A stretch of DNA of 64,000 nucleotides from a candidate division FCPU426 bacterium (lineage in GTDB: Bacteria; Oederibacteriota; Muellerivitia; Muellerivitales; Muellerivitaceae), in the NCBI GenBank assembly GCA_963738405.1, contig CAVTWJ010000001.1:186142-250141 (forward strand). The letters run 5' to 3'. A model generated the notes under the pieces. It searched no databases, was not told the origin of the DNA, and saw only the letters and a list, made by a program, of their open reading frames with translations. This document shows positions 28,705-39,301 of the stretch, one piece after another; position 1 is the first letter of the stretch, and the number at the start of each line of letters is the position of its first letter. A program made the translations under genes and the position numbers.

Positions 28705-29763
28705 ATGTCCCGCCCCTCAGCATCTTCTAAGGAAATTACGCCCTCTCCCGATGAAATTCGTCTTCTCAATACGGACACTCAAGGTGGCGAAGAGGAACCC
28801 ACGCTCAGACCCCAGCATTTGGCAGAATATGTCGGTCAAACGGTTTTAAAGGAATCCCTTCTTATTGCATTGAAAGCGGCTCAACAGCGCAAAGAAGCTC
28901 TTGAACATCTACTGCTTTCCGGGCCGCCGGGTTTGGGGAAAACGACCTTGGCTTCCATCGTAGCAAAAGAAATGGGGGTCAACCTGAAGGCCACTTCGGG
29001 ACCGATTATTGAAAGATCGGGGGACTTGGCCGCCCTCTTAACTAACCTCCAGCCCTTTGACCTACTATTTATTGATGAAATCCATCGTCTGCCGAGGGTG
29101 GTTGAGGAGGTTCTATACCCCGCCATGGAAGATTTTCAACTCGATATCATGATAGGTAAAGGGCCGACGGCAAGGGCTATTCGTTTGCAACTGCCGCCCT
29201 TTACTCTAGTGGGGGCGACCACCCGCGCTGGAAAAGTAAGCGCGCCCCTAAGGGACCGGTTTGGGCTTTCCTTTAGGTTGGAATTTTATCAACCTGAAGA
29301 ATTAATGGAAATTGTCCGCCGCTCCGCCCAGGTTTTAAAGGTTGAATTGACTGAGGATGGAGCCAAGGAAGTGGCTCAAAGATCCAGGGGAACCCCGCGC
29401 CTTGCCAACCGTCTTTTGCGAAGGGTAAGGGATTTCGCCGAAGTAAAGCGAAAGGGAAAGGTGGACCGGGAAGTGGCCGATGCAGCACTTAAACTCTTGG
29501 AAGTAGACGCCTTGGGACTCGATCGAATGGACAGGAGAATCCTCTTGAGCGTGATTGAAAAATATTCAGGCGGCCCGGTTGGTGTGGAAACTCTCGCCCT
29601 GTCGGTGGGTGAAGAACCAGAAACCGTTGAAGATGTATATGAACCCTTTTTGGTCCAGATGGGCTTCCTTCAACGCACGCCCAGCGGCCGCAAGGCCACA
29701 CCCCTGGCTTATCGGCATCTATCCATAACACTGCCGCCTGAAGCACAAGGGAGTCTTCTATGA
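28705..29763 (+). CDS. ruvB: Holliday junction helicase RuvB
   Basis: [40 protein letters not shown]. Confidence 0.98.
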   Translation: MSRPSASSKEITPSPDEIRLLNTDTQGGEEEPTLRPQHLAEYVGQTVLKESLLIALKAAQQRKEALEHLLLSGPPGLGKTTLASIVAKEMGVNLKATSGPIIERSGDLAALLTNLQPFDLLFIDEIHRLPRVVEEVLYPAMEDFQLDIMIGKGPTARAIRLQLPPFTLVGATTRAGKVSAPLRDRFGLSFRLEFYQPEELMEIVRRSAQVLKVELTEDGAKEVAQRSRGTPRLANRLLRRVRDFAEVKRKGKVDREVADAALKLLEVDALGLDRMDRRILLSVIEKYSGGPVGVETLALSVGEEPETVEDVYEPFLVQMGFLQRTPSGRKATPLAYRHLSITLPPEAQGSLL

Positions 29764-31037
29764 GCGGTCTCCGTTCCCTGGTGCCCAAAAAATCGGAAAT
29801 CTTCCTTTACGGAATCATTACCCTGCTGGGGGTGGCCATTGGATTGGCTTTCCCATTGCTCAACTATTTCAAAGCCGCCAGCCATTTTTGGTTTTTTGTC
29901 ATTTGCGTTCTTTCAGGGGTTTTTGCCGCGGGCCTGATCCTCTGGGTGGTTCAAAAAATTATCCTCCGGCCCCTGGAAGAATTTCTGGAAGCCATGGAGC
30001 GGGTTTCGGAGGGCAATCTTCAGGTCAAGGTGGAAGGCAAATACTCGGGGGATTTCGAGGCTTTGGCCAAGCATTTCAACCTGATGCTGGATTCTTTGCG
30101 TTCTTCTGTTGAACAATTGAAAAGCAGTTCGCAGGAAACGCTGCATTTGGCCCAGCAGCTCACGCAGACGATTCAACAAATGCATGGCGCAACTGAGGAA
30201 GTCTCTTCGACAATTCAAAACATTTCCCGCGGGGCGGAAGAACAGGCTCTGAAGGTTCAAGAAGCCTTTAACATTATCGACAAGATGGCAGGGAACATCC
30301 AAGTTTCCGCTGAACTTCTGAATAATTCGGAAAAGGTGGTCACCCGAGCCGTTAACGCATCGGAATCTGGAAGCAGGTCTTTTCAAAAGACGGTCGAGCA
30401 GATGCGGGCCATCCACGAGGTGGTACAGGGTTCGACCCAGGAAGTTACGGAACTGGGAAATCGGTCCAAAGCCATCGGCAAGGTGGTGGATGTCATCACC
30501 CAAATCGCGGACCAAACCAACTTGCTGGCCTTAAACGCCGCGATCGAAGCCGCACGGGCGGGTGAATACGGCCGGGGGTTTGCGGTGGTGGCCGAAGAGG
30601 TAAAGAAGCTGGCGGATGGTTCGGCGGAAGCCGCCAATAAAATTTCGGTGATTATCCGGGAAATTCAAAAAGAAATTTCGAAAGTCGTAAGCACGATGAG
30701 CGAGGGTGCTGAAAAAGTGTCAGAGGGCCTGGTGGTTGTGACCGAAGGCGGGGAAGCGCTGAAAGAAATTCAGGGAGCTTCAGACGAGGTCGTGAAGCAG
30801 GTTCAGGAAATTTCCAAATCTTTTGAGAATCAAGCGGACCAGGCCTCGAACGTGGTTGAAGCCATTACCAATATCGTCGCCGTATCCGAGGAAAACGCCT
30901 CGGCCACGGAGGAAATTTCTGCCTCCACAGAGGAACTTACTGCTTCTATGGAATCCATGGTCGCGGCAGCGCGCCAACTGGAGGGTGTTGCCCAGCGGTT
31001 GAAAGATGCCGCGGCTAATTTCAAAGATGTAGGGTAA
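29760..31037 (+). CDS. methyl-accepting chemotaxis protein (2 TM, HAMP)
   Basis: [37 protein letters not shown]. Confidence 0.95.
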   Translation: MSGLRSLVPKKSEIFLYGIITLLGVAIGLAFPLLNYFKAASHFWFFVICVLSGVFAAGLILWVVQKIILRPLEEFLEAMERVSEGNLQVKVEGKYSGDFEALAKHFNLMLDSLRSSVEQLKSSSQETLHLAQQLTQTIQQMHGATEEVSSTIQNISRGAEEQALKVQEAFNIIDKMAGNIQVSAELLNNSEKVVTRAVNASESGSRSFQKTVEQMRAIHEVVQGSTQEVTELGNRSKAIGKVVDVITQIADQTNLLALNAAIEAARAGEYGRGFAVVAEEVKKLADGSAEAANKISVIIREIQKEISKVVSTMSEGAEKVSEGLVVVTEGGEALKEIQGASDEVVKQVQEISKSFENQADQASNVVEAITNIVAVSEENASATEEISASTEELTASMESMVAAARQLEGVAQRLKDAAANFKDVG

Positions 31038-31161
31038 AAGCCTTCTTGAAGGCCCAAAACCCTCTTGAAAACAGATAAAAAATGTTTATATTTTCTGTCG
31101 GTCGTTTATAGTCTCTGCCTGATAGTTATTGCCATTATCAATTTTTCTTAAGGGTCCTCCA

Positions 31162-32106
31162 ATGATCGAAGTTAAAGACCTCGTGAAAATGTACGGCACC
31201 ACGACGGCTGTGGACCGGGTGACCTTCTCTGTTCCCAAAGGAACCATTTTGGGCCTATTAGGCCCGAACGGTGCAGGCAAAACCACGACCATGAGGGTCA
31301 TTACGACTTCCCTCCCCCCAAACGGAGGAAAGGTTTCGGTGGGTGGGTATGACGTGACCGATGCCCCTCAAGAAGTTCGCAAGCGCATCGGATATCTGCC
31401 CGAAATTCCTCCCATTTATGGCGATATGACCATCATCAATTACCTTAAATTCGTTGCGGATATTAAAGACGTTCCGCAAGATCAGAAGACGAACCGCATC
31501 GGAGAAGTGCTTGAAATGCTCTCCCTTGAGGATATTAGCCGACGTCTTATCTCGCATCTTTCCCTGGGTTATCGGCAAAGGGTTGGCTTAGCCCAGGCGC
31601 TGATCCATGATCCTGAAGTTTTGATCTTGGATGAACCGACACGGGGTCTCGATCCCAAACAGATTCTTGAAATCCGAAAACTCATCAAATCCCTGAGTGG
31701 CCGCAAAACCATCATACTTTCCACCCACATCCTGCCTGAAGTTGCCTCTACATGTGACAATGTGGTCATCATCGATCAGGGCAAGGTCGTGGCGGCTGAT
31801 ACGATGGAAAACCTTTCTCAAAGGCTGGAAGGGGCAAAAACGCTTGAAGTCGAGGTAAAGGGCCCTGCCACTGACATCAAAACGGCTTTAGAACGGGCAA
31901 CAGGAGTTTCTTCGGTAAAAGTCATCGGAAAAGAAAGCCGGGGCGCCACCAAATTTGAAATCGTGACCGATGGGTCCAACGAGGCGCGGGAGGCTCTCTT
32001 CAACAGCGTGGTGAAGAACAAATGGGTTCTTTATCAGTTAAGCCCTGTTGGCATGAGCCTGGAAGATGTCTTCCTTAAGTTGACGACTAAGGAATCAGCG
32101 TCATGA
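31162..32106 (+). CDS. ABC transporter ATP-binding protein (GldA-like)
   Basis: GPNGAGKTT, LSLGYRQR, ILDEPT, STH. Confidence 0.92.
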   Translation: MIEVKDLVKMYGTTTAVDRVTFSVPKGTILGLLGPNGAGKTTTMRVITTSLPPNGGKVSVGGYDVTDAPQEVRKRIGYLPEIPPIYGDMTIINYLKFVADIKDVPQDQKTNRIGEVLEMLSLEDISRRLISHLSLGYRQRVGLAQALIHDPEVLILDEPTRGLDPKQILEIRKLIKSLSGRKTIILSTHILPEVASTCDNVVIIDQGKVVAADTMENLSQRLEGAKTLEVEVKGPATDIKTALERATGVSSVKVIGKESRGATKFEIVTDGSNEAREALFNSVVKNKWVLYQLSPVGMSLEDVFLKLTTKESAS

Positions 32107-32185
32107 TTCGGTATTCAATGAAGTTTAAAATGGTTTCGAATTCCTGTCAGACGCCTAGGTCTAAACCGTTCAAAGGAGTCGTTTC

Positions 32186-32899
32186 GTGAACGCCCGGAAA
32201 ATAATGGCTCTTGTGATGAAAGATCTGACGCAATATTTCGCCTCTCCTATGGGTTATCTTGTTTTGGCTGTTTATTTTCTGGTGGGTGGTTTTTTCTTCT
32301 GGCTCATAGCGGTTCAAAGCCGTAATGCAAGCATGATTCCTGTTTTTCAGAATACCGTCATATTGCTGCTTTTTATCACGCCCATGATCACGATGAGGCT
32401 CTGGTCCGAGGAAGAGAAATCAGGAACAGCGGAACTTCTTTGCACCTCGCCGCTAACTCTTTGGGAAATCGTTCTGGCAAAGTATTTTGCGGTGCTGGCT
32501 TTTTTTGGCGCCATGCTTGCCTCCACCTTGGTTTACCTTGTCGTCATGCTGTCGGCTGGAAATCCGGATTTGGGTCCGGTCGTGGCCAATTATCTTGGCT
32601 ATATGTTGACCGCAGGCGCTTTTTTTGCCTTAGGGCTGCTGGCCTCGACCTTGAGTGAAAATCAAATTGTATCGGCGGTGATTGCCTACGGAATGCTTCT
32701 GATGTTGTGGGTGATAGGAGCTGCCGGGGGAAATGTCCAGGGTCCGCTCGGAGATTTTCTAAAGTACGTTTCGGTATTTGAACATCTGGACGATTTTTTC
32801 AAAGGAGTTGTGGATTTGACACACGTCTTCTATTTCCTCAGCATTATCTTCTTGGGGCTTTTTCTTTCTGTGAAAGTCCTTGAAAGCAAGAGGAGTTAA
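32186..32899 (+). CDS. ABC-2 permease (GldF-like)
   Basis: PMITMRLWSEEEKSGT.ELL.T.P, multiple TM helices. Confidence 0.88.
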   Translation: MNARKIMALVMKDLTQYFASPMGYLVLAVYFLVGGFFFWLIAVQSRNASMIPVFQNTVILLLFITPMITMRLWSEEEKSGTAELLCTSPLTLWEIVLAKYFAVLAFFGAMLASTLVYLVVMLSAGNPDLGPVVANYLGYMLTAGAFFALGLLASTLSENQIVSAVIAYGMLLMLWVIGAAGGNVQGPLGDFLKYVSVFEHLDDFFKGVVDLTHVFYFLSIIFLGLFLSVKVLESKRS

Positions 32900-32901
32900 C
32901 C

Positions 32902-34518
32902 TTGGGCCAAACACCTTTTATTCTCAAAGTCAGAACCTACAACCAGCCGCTAGTGATTGTGGGTTTGGTTCTTGTTCTGGCGGGCATTCTTGCGGTCCTT
33001 ATTTTTAATACCACCAACTGGTGGAACCTGACCCTGGTTGGTTTAGGGGTTGTGGCGCTCGGTCTGTTCCTGGCGGCTAATCTGGCTGAGGTGAAAGAGA
33101 CGGGGAAAAAGAAGTCCACCCTGGTCCGGGCAAATCTAACCTTGGTAGCCCTCGCTATGGTCGGGATCGTTTTTGGCTTGAATTATGTTATTTCCCGCCA
33201 TCCGATCCGCTTCGACCTGACGTCCAACAAACTTTATACCCTCTCGGACCAGACCACGGGGGTTTTGAAAGCGCTCAAGCAGGATGTGAATGTTTCCATG
33301 TTCGTCTCCAACAAGCGGCAGACCAACGTCCAAGCCGAAGTCCAGCGTGCCCAGCAGCTTTTGCAGGAATACACCAAAATAGGCACTAAGTTTCATTTCA
33401 AGGTTGTGGATGTCGACCAGAATCCATCGGAAGCTAAACGCCTGGGAATACATGAGTACAACACGGTCGTTTTTGAAAGCGGAGATAACAGAAAGGATGT
33501 CCTTCAACGCGATTATGTGACCTACTCCATGCAGGGCCGCCAGCCTGTACCCAAATTCCAGGGAGAGGGAGCTTTCACCTCCGCTCTCGTTAAAATGAAT
33601 GACACGTCCCATCCTGTTTTTTATTTCACGGAGGGCCATGGTGAAAAGGAGTCGGGGAATCCACAGCCGGAAGGGTTCAACACCTTTAAAGAGATGTTGG
33701 ATCAGCAGAATTATTCGGTCAAAACCGTCAATTTGTTGACCTCGGGCAAAATCCCCGATGATGCAACTGGATTGGCCATCGTCGGCCCCACCCATCCATT
33801 TCAACCGGCGGAATCGGCGCTTATCGATGACTACCTCAAAAAAGGCGGCAAGCTGGTCCTGTGTGTGGATCCGGGCGTGAAAGTGGGCTTGGAACCTGTT
33901 CTGAAGGATTTCGGCATCAAACTTGGCAACGATCTCGTTGTAGATGAGACCAGCTACGCTTTTCCCGACGTTCGCGTGGTCATACCTCAATATTTGTCCC
34001 AGTCGATAGTGGAAAAACTAGCTGATGGCCATATTGCGACCTTGATGCCATATACCCGAAGCGTTCAAATCCAAGCCCCCGCGTTAAAAGATGTGATCCA
34101 AACCCCTTTCATGCAAACGACTGATAAGGGATGGGCCTTAAATGATTTAAAAACCAAGACGCTTAAATTTCATGCAGGAGTGGATGCCAAAGGGCCCGTT
34201 ACTATGGCAGTGGCTTGCGAATGGACTCTCCCTGCGGACGCCTCAAAGAAGGCTCGTGTGGTGGTTTTTGGGAATTCCAACCTATTTACCAACCAATTTC
34301 TCCAGGGCCCGGGGAATTTGGATGTGGGGTTGAACACTTTCAGCTGGGTGGCGTTGGATGAAAACAAAATCTCCATCCATCCCAAAGAAGATGACATGCG
34401 GGTTATGAATCTCTCGAATGTGGGGGCGAACTTTATTTACTACCTGACGGTTTGGGTAATGCCCCTGGCGATCTTGGCCCTGGGCGGATGGGTCTGGTAC
34501 CGCCGCCGTTCCTTATGA
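32902..34518 (+). CDS. GldG-like ABC auxiliary component
   Basis: DLTSNKLYTLS, YFTEGHGE, YLKKGGKL, C-terminal TM ending WYRRR. Confidence 0.85.
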   Translation: MGQTPFILKVRTYNQPLVIVGLVLVLAGILAVLIFNTTNWWNLTLVGLGVVALGLFLAANLAEVKETGKKKSTLVRANLTLVALAMVGIVFGLNYVISRHPIRFDLTSNKLYTLSDQTTGVLKALKQDVNVSMFVSNKRQTNVQAEVQRAQQLLQEYTKIGTKFHFKVVDVDQNPSEAKRLGIHEYNTVVFESGDNRKDVLQRDYVTYSMQGRQPVPKFQGEGAFTSALVKMNDTSHPVFYFTEGHGEKESGNPQPEGFNTFKEMLDQQNYSVKTVNLLTSGKIPDDATGLAIVGPTHPFQPAESALIDDYLKKGGKLVLCVDPGVKVGLEPVLKDFGIKLGNDLVVDETSYAFPDVRVVIPQYLSQSIVEKLADGHIATLMPYTRSVQIQAPALKDVIQTPFMQTTDKGWALNDLKTKTLKFHAGVDAKGPVTMAVACEWTLPADASKKARVVVFGNSNLFTNQFLQGPGNLDVGLNTFSWVALDENKISIHPKEDDMRVMNLSNVGANFIYYLTVWVMPLAILALGGWVWYRRRSL

Positions 34519-35897
34519 AAAGCTTCAAATCTACCCTCGTTTTATTGGTTTTGGGAATTGCCCTCGGCGCATATATCTTTTTTTTCGAGCGCGGACCCAA
34601 GAAGGATGATACCGAGAAGAAAGACAAGGTTTTCACCAGCTTCGTAGCGGATGATGTCCAAGAAATCCGAGTGGAGTATCCGGGCAATACCTTGACCGGG
34701 AAAAATATACCCCTCACCATCAAAAAAGATGATAAGGGCGCATGGCAGATAACCCAGCCGGTGAAGCTTAAGGCGGATGAAACCATTGTGCGCCAGACCC
34801 TGACCAGTGTGGGGCAAATGGCTCCCGATGACAGCCTGGCGACGCCAGGAAATCTTGCCGATTACGGTTTAGTCAATCCCTCCGCCAAATTCACCTTTAT
34901 TTCCAAGGGAAAAGCGCCAGACGTTTTATTGGTGGGGGACAAGACAGTTGCCAGCACCGATTATTATTGTTTGAACCCCGCATTGAAGACGGTGTTTTTG
35001 ATCCCGCCCTACATTCCGGAAGGGTTAATGAAAAGCCCTAATGATATGCGTGAGCATTCGATTGTTAAGACTGATCTCGTTGCCGCCCAGAAGGTAGCAA
35101 TGACGTTCCAAAGCAAGACCTTGGTTTTGATCAAAGACGACAAGAATGTTTGGAATATCGAAAAACCCATTAAGGAAAAGGCTGATCCCGGAAAAGTCCG
35201 CGATCTCCTGAACCAAATCAATTCTTCAAGGGTGGATGAGTTTGTGGAGGACAATCCACGTTCCCTGGCGCCTTACGGCCTTTCAACCCCTAGGGCTTCC
35301 ATTACCATTTGGCCCGCCGACCACACTCCGCCAACGACGCTTCTTTTAGGCCGCCAGAAATTAAAAGCGACGACTTTCTTCGCCAAGGTGGAGGGCCAGA
35401 ATTCAGTCTTTTTACTGCCCACTTTCATTGACACAACCCTTCACTTCAAACTTAATGATTTTAGGGATAAAAGCGTCATGGGATTTGACCTGGCCCAGGT
35501 TAAATCCTTAACGGTCCGGCATAACCAGCAGGTTTATACTTACCAAAAGGACGCAAAAGGACAGTGGACAAGTACCAGCCGCATGCAGGCTTCCACTGAG
35601 GCATCGGCCATCATTAACGGTTTGGCCCAAACTACCATTGCCGATTTTGCGGCCCCTAATACCCAAACGGGGGTTCAAACCCCATCTTATACGGCTGAAG
35701 TGGCCTTAAGTGACGGTACTATCCGCCGGTATCGTTTTGGCCGCAGGGAGAAGGAGCAGGTCTACCTGGCTTCGGACAAAACCAAGGATATTTACCTGGT
35801 TTCTCCTTCGACTCTTTCGCAAATGGAATCCTTTTACAATGTTATCTTGACACCCCTTCCCGCAGTTGCTGTTACGCCGGTTTCAGCCAAACCCTAG
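34515..35897 (+). CDS. DUF4340-like membrane-anchored protein
   Basis: N-terminal TM, repeats W.I..P....AD / YGL..P / DFRDK; ATGA overlap with gldG-like gene. Confidence 0.75.
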   Translation: MKSFKSTLVLLVLGIALGAYIFFFERGPKKDDTEKKDKVFTSFVADDVQEIRVEYPGNTLTGKNIPLTIKKDDKGAWQITQPVKLKADETIVRQTLTSVGQMAPDDSLATPGNLADYGLVNPSAKFTFISKGKAPDVLLVGDKTVASTDYYCLNPALKTVFLIPPYIPEGLMKSPNDMREHSIVKTDLVAAQKVAMTFQSKTLVLIKDDKNVWNIEKPIKEKADPGKVRDLLNQINSSRVDEFVEDNPRSLAPYGLSTPRASITIWPADHTPPTTLLLGRQKLKATTFFAKVEGQNSVFLLPTFIDTTLHFKLNDFRDKSVMGFDLAQVKSLTVRHNQQVYTYQKDAKGQWTSTSRMQASTEASAIINGLAQTTIADFAAPNTQTGVQTPSYTAEVALSDGTIRRYRFGRREKEQVYLASDKTKDIYLVSPSTLSQMESFYNVILTPLPAVAVTPVSAKP

Positions 35898-35954
35898 GAT
35901 TTTTTTTAGCCGTCCCGGATTAATTTTTGTTAAAGGCCTTCGGTCCGTTAAAGT

Positions 35955-36725
35955 ATGTCCATGGTAAGCCCCCTCGCCGACAAGCCCCGCTATTTTTTCG
36001 ATCACCTCATGGAATTGCGCCAGGTTCTGGTACAAAGTCTGATCGCGATGACCCTTGGGGTCGGAATTGCCTTTTGGAAATCGGCGCTTCTATTTGAGAT
36101 TCTTGAACACCCCTACCGGCGTGCCCTAGCCCATTTTCCACAGGCCGAAACCCAGATCAGCGCCCTTAAGACGCTGGTTCCTATCGAAGCTTTCATGATC
36201 AACATGAAATTGGCCACGGCGGCAGGAATCGTGCTGGCGTCGCCCTTTCTTTTATGGAGGCTTTGGATTTTCGTTGTTCCGGCCTTGAAACCTTCCGAAC
36301 GCACGGCCCTATTGGCCGTGCTTACACTGGGGCTTTTCTTTTTTGGGGGAGGATTGTGTTTCAGTTATTTTTTGGTGATTCCGCTGGCGCTGGAATTTTT
36401 ACTGCGGTACAACCTGGATTTTCAGTTTATTCCCCAATGGACTCTTCAGGGTTATTTTGATTTTACACTGAATTTTTCCTTAATTTTCGGGACGTTGTTT
36501 GAACTCCCTCTGGTATTGGCGGCCCTGGCGGCTGTTGGGATCGCGACACCTCAATTTTTGGCCCACAAGCGCAAACACGCCATTCTTGCTATTTTCGCTT
36601 TGGCCGCGATCGTGGCCCCCAGCGCCGACCCGGTAACTCAAACGATCGTGGCTGTCCCCTTGGTGTTTTTATACGAAGTTGGTATCTGGCTCTCCTGGCT
36701 GGTGGTCCGCAGAAAAAAAGCTTGA
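35955..36725 (+). CDS. tatC: twin-arginine translocase TatC
   Basis: DHLMELR, F.VPALKPSE, FG..FELP, A....P..DP, LYEVGI. Confidence 0.93.
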   Translation: MSMVSPLADKPRYFFDHLMELRQVLVQSLIAMTLGVGIAFWKSALLFEILEHPYRRALAHFPQAETQISALKTLVPIEAFMINMKLATAAGIVLASPFLLWRLWIFVVPALKPSERTALLAVLTLGLFFFGGGLCFSYFLVIPLALEFLLRYNLDFQFIPQWTLQGYFDFTLNFSLIFGTLFELPLVLAALAAVGIATPQFLAHKRKHAILAIFALAAIVAPSADPVTQTIVAVPLVFLYEVGIWLSWLVVRRKKA

Positions 36726-36887
36726 TTGGAATAACATCAGCCGAAAGGTAGGCCGCCAAAGGTTATTTGGGGTTTCTGGGCCTTCGTTGACTTTTCCAAA
36801 ACAGCAGACCATAATTCCACTCGGCTGAAATTCTTGAACCCTCATTAGGGTTTTGGACCATTAAATGGATGGAAATCGGAGGATGGC

Positions 36888-37538
36888 ATGAAATTTTTCT
36901 TAGATACAGCGAATCTGGATGAAATTAAGCAAGGTGTTGCTTGGGGAATTGTGGATGGCGTAACCACCAACCCTTCCCTGGTTGCCAAAGAAGGGGTCAG
37001 TTTCCATACCCGGGTAAAAGAAATTTGCGCCGTGGTGAATGGTTCGGTTTCCGCGGAGGTTACCGCGACCGACTTTGAGGGAATGATCCGGGAGGGCCAT
37101 ATTTTGGCCAACCTGCATCCCAATGTCACGGTAAAGGTTCCCTTGATTCCGGACGGAATCCGCGCTTGCAAGGCCTTGAGCGCCGAGGGTATCAAGGTCA
37201 ACGTTACGCTTTGTTTTTCACCCGCGCAGGCTCTATTAGCGGCAAAGGCGGGGGCGACCTACATTAGTCCTTTCGTGGGACGTTTGGATGACGTGGCTTC
37301 GGATGGAATGAAACTGGTCGAAGATATTGTCCGCATTTACGACAACTATAATTATCAAACCCAGGTGTTGGCCGCCTCCCTGAGGCATCCCGAGCATATT
37401 ATTCAAGCCGCGCTCATCGGGGCGGATGTCGGCACGATGCCCTTTCCGGTTATGAAGATGTTGTTTAACCATCCCCTGACCGATCTTGGGCTGAAAAAAT
37501 TTCTGGAAGACTGGGAAAAGGTCAAGGGTAAGGTTTAA
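36888..37538 (+). CDS. fsa: fructose-6-phosphate aldolase / transaldolase (TalC type)
   Basis: [40 protein letters not shown]. Confidence 0.93.
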   Translation: MKFFLDTANLDEIKQGVAWGIVDGVTTNPSLVAKEGVSFHTRVKEICAVVNGSVSAEVTATDFEGMIREGHILANLHPNVTVKVPLIPDGIRACKALSAEGIKVNVTLCFSPAQALLAAKAGATYISPFVGRLDDVASDGMKLVEDIVRIYDNYNYQTQVLAASLRHPEHIIQAALIGADVGTMPFPVMKMLFNHPLTDLGLKKFLEDWEKVKGKV

Positions 37539-37558
37539 TTCGATACGAGCCCGCTGCC

Positions 37559-37789
37559 TTGGACTTTTCGCAATTAGGGAAGGGACTGGTTGTTGCGGGC
37601 CTTGGGCTGGCGCTGCTGGGCGGGCTGATTTGGTTTTCAGGCAAGATGCCTTTCTTGGGTCGGCTTCCGGGCGATATCCGAATTGAGAAACCTTCATTTT
37701 CATTTTATTTTCCCCTTGGGACATGCTTGTTTTTGTCTCTTTTTCTTACATTGGTTTTTTGGGCTATCTCTTTTTTTAAGAATCACTGA
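37559..37789 (+). CDS. DUF2905-family small membrane protein
   Basis: LGRLPGDIRIE..FSFYFPLGTC. Confidence 0.85.
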   Translation: MDFSQLGKGLVVAGLGLALLGGLIWFSGKMPFLGRLPGDIRIEKPSFSFYFPLGTCLFLSLFLTLVFWAISFFKNH

Positions 37790-37813
37790 TCGACCCATTG
37801 AGGTATTAATTCG

Positions 37814-39022
37814 TTGAGACGATATTTTTTAATATTTTTAATGCTCTCTGCCGGTTGCGCCACTCTTCCTTCCGTTAATAACAATAATGAATCAGGTCTT
37901 GTGATTTCTCCTTACGCGGATCAAGCCGCCATCGCGATTACAAACGGTGAACGGCGCATAAGGGTAGCTATTGCTTTGCGCAAGCCTTCTGTCAAGTTGA
38001 TCGCGCCCGAGACTTTTGTTTTGGAAGGGTTTCCAATGTCCGAGCCCCCATCCCCGCTTGATGCATCTCCCACCCAAACTCCCAGCCAGCCACTTCGGGA
38101 AGCTTTGATCACTTCATCACAGGTGGATATGAACGGAGCCCGCATCGAGCCCCTCGGTGAAGGGGAAATCGAAGTGGATGGCCTGAAATACCGAGGCAAC
38201 ATGGACCTAGTTCATGACGAGAAGGGAACACTGACGGTCATTAACGATGTGGCGTTGGAAGACTATGTTGAGGGAGTTTTGGCTGGGGAGATTCCACATG
38301 ATTGGCCACTAGAGGCCCTCAAGGCACAGGCTATTGCCGCCAGGACCTTTGCTTTTTTGAAAATGCAGGATGCCCGCCAAAAGGGGCAAATTTATGATGT
38401 GGAAAACACTTCTTTTTACCAGGTTTACCAAGGGACTGGAAAAGTGGACGATGAAATGAAGCGGGCGGTCAAAGAAACCCGTGGGGAAATACTTATTTAT
38501 GGGGGGAAGCCCATTGAGGCTTATTTTCACTCCAACTGTGGTGGTCACACAACAGCGGCCAAGGACGTTTGGGGCAAAGATGAACCTTATTTACAGTCAG
38601 TGGCCTGTGACTTTGGAAATAACGGGGCCCATTACCGATGGAAGGCAACGATCCCCATCCGCGATATCGTGAATAAATTGAAGGCCCTAGGGGTGACTAT
38701 AAGTGACGTGGTTCGTATTTCGGGTTTGGATATGGACGGCGGGGATCGAATTGTAAATCTGGATATTCTTGATGGGGATGGGCGGGTCCATACCTTGAAA
38801 GCTTCTGCTTTCCGTATGGCTGTTGGGCCTGATCTTGTGAAAAGTACGCATTTTAGTGCTCGAGTTGAGGGTGATCAGGTGATTTTTGAGGGGAAGGGTT
38901 GGGGTCACGGAGTGGGCTTGTGCCAAGAGGGCGCCTTGGGTATGGCCAATCGGGGATATGGAGCCTTCGATATTTTGCGGCACTATTATTTAGGAATCAT
39001 GATTGAGCGAATTAGCGAGTGA
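37814..39022 (+). CDS. SpoIID/LytB-domain lipoprotein (peptidoglycan lytic transglycosylase-like)
   Basis: Lipobox LSAGC, EDYVEGVLAGE..EALKAQAIAART, GHGVGLCQ.GA, ILRHYY. Confidence 0.9.
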   Translation: MRRYFLIFLMLSAGCATLPSVNNNNESGLVISPYADQAAIAITNGERRIRVAIALRKPSVKLIAPETFVLEGFPMSEPPSPLDASPTQTPSQPLREALITSSQVDMNGARIEPLGEGEIEVDGLKYRGNMDLVHDEKGTLTVINDVALEDYVEGVLAGEIPHDWPLEALKAQAIAARTFAFLKMQDARQKGQIYDVENTSFYQVYQGTGKVDDEMKRAVKETRGEILIYGGKPIEAYFHSNCGGHTTAAKDVWGKDEPYLQSVACDFGNNGAHYRWKATIPIRDIVNKLKALGVTISDVVRISGLDMDGGDRIVNLDILDGDGRVHTLKASAFRMAVGPDLVKSTHFSARVEGDQVIFEGKGWGHGVGLCQEGALGMANRGYGAFDILRHYYLGIMIERISE

Positions 39023-39248
39023 GTCAGCGACTATTAAAATGTTTAAAAAATTGACGTAATTAAAGCGCTTTAATTCGGAATACTTTGTTGATAACAGCAT
39101 CCACAAAGAAACCGTTTTTATAGAAAATATGTCAAATTCTGTACTTTTTAACCCTCTGGCCTGACAGTTTTAGGCAAGAATTGTTTTATTTTTATGGGCG
39201 ATTTCAAGACACCCCCCCCTTAAATTGTGGTAATTTATGCGGGTTTGG

Positions 39249-39265
39249 TTGGCATTCAACTTGCC
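39249..39265 (+). promoter_or_regulatory. sigma54 (-24/-12) promoter
   Basis: TTGGCAT-TCAAC-TTGC, exact TGGCAC-N5-TTGC spacing, about 37 bp before ATG 39302. Confidence 0.65.
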
Positions 39266-39301
39266 TTTTTAAACAGAAAATCGAATTTGGGGGTTGGGTA
39301 C

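Noticed and set aside
33136..33990. Long antisense ORFs (also 15950-16498, 29913-30515, 62846-63370)
   Set aside because: Shadows of well-supported genes on the opposite strand with no motifs of their own.
31162..35897. GldA/F/G-like genes as evidence for gliding motility or T9SS
   Set aside because: This ABC module with DUF4340 is widespread in non-gliding bacteria; no gldKLMN or sprB is in the window.
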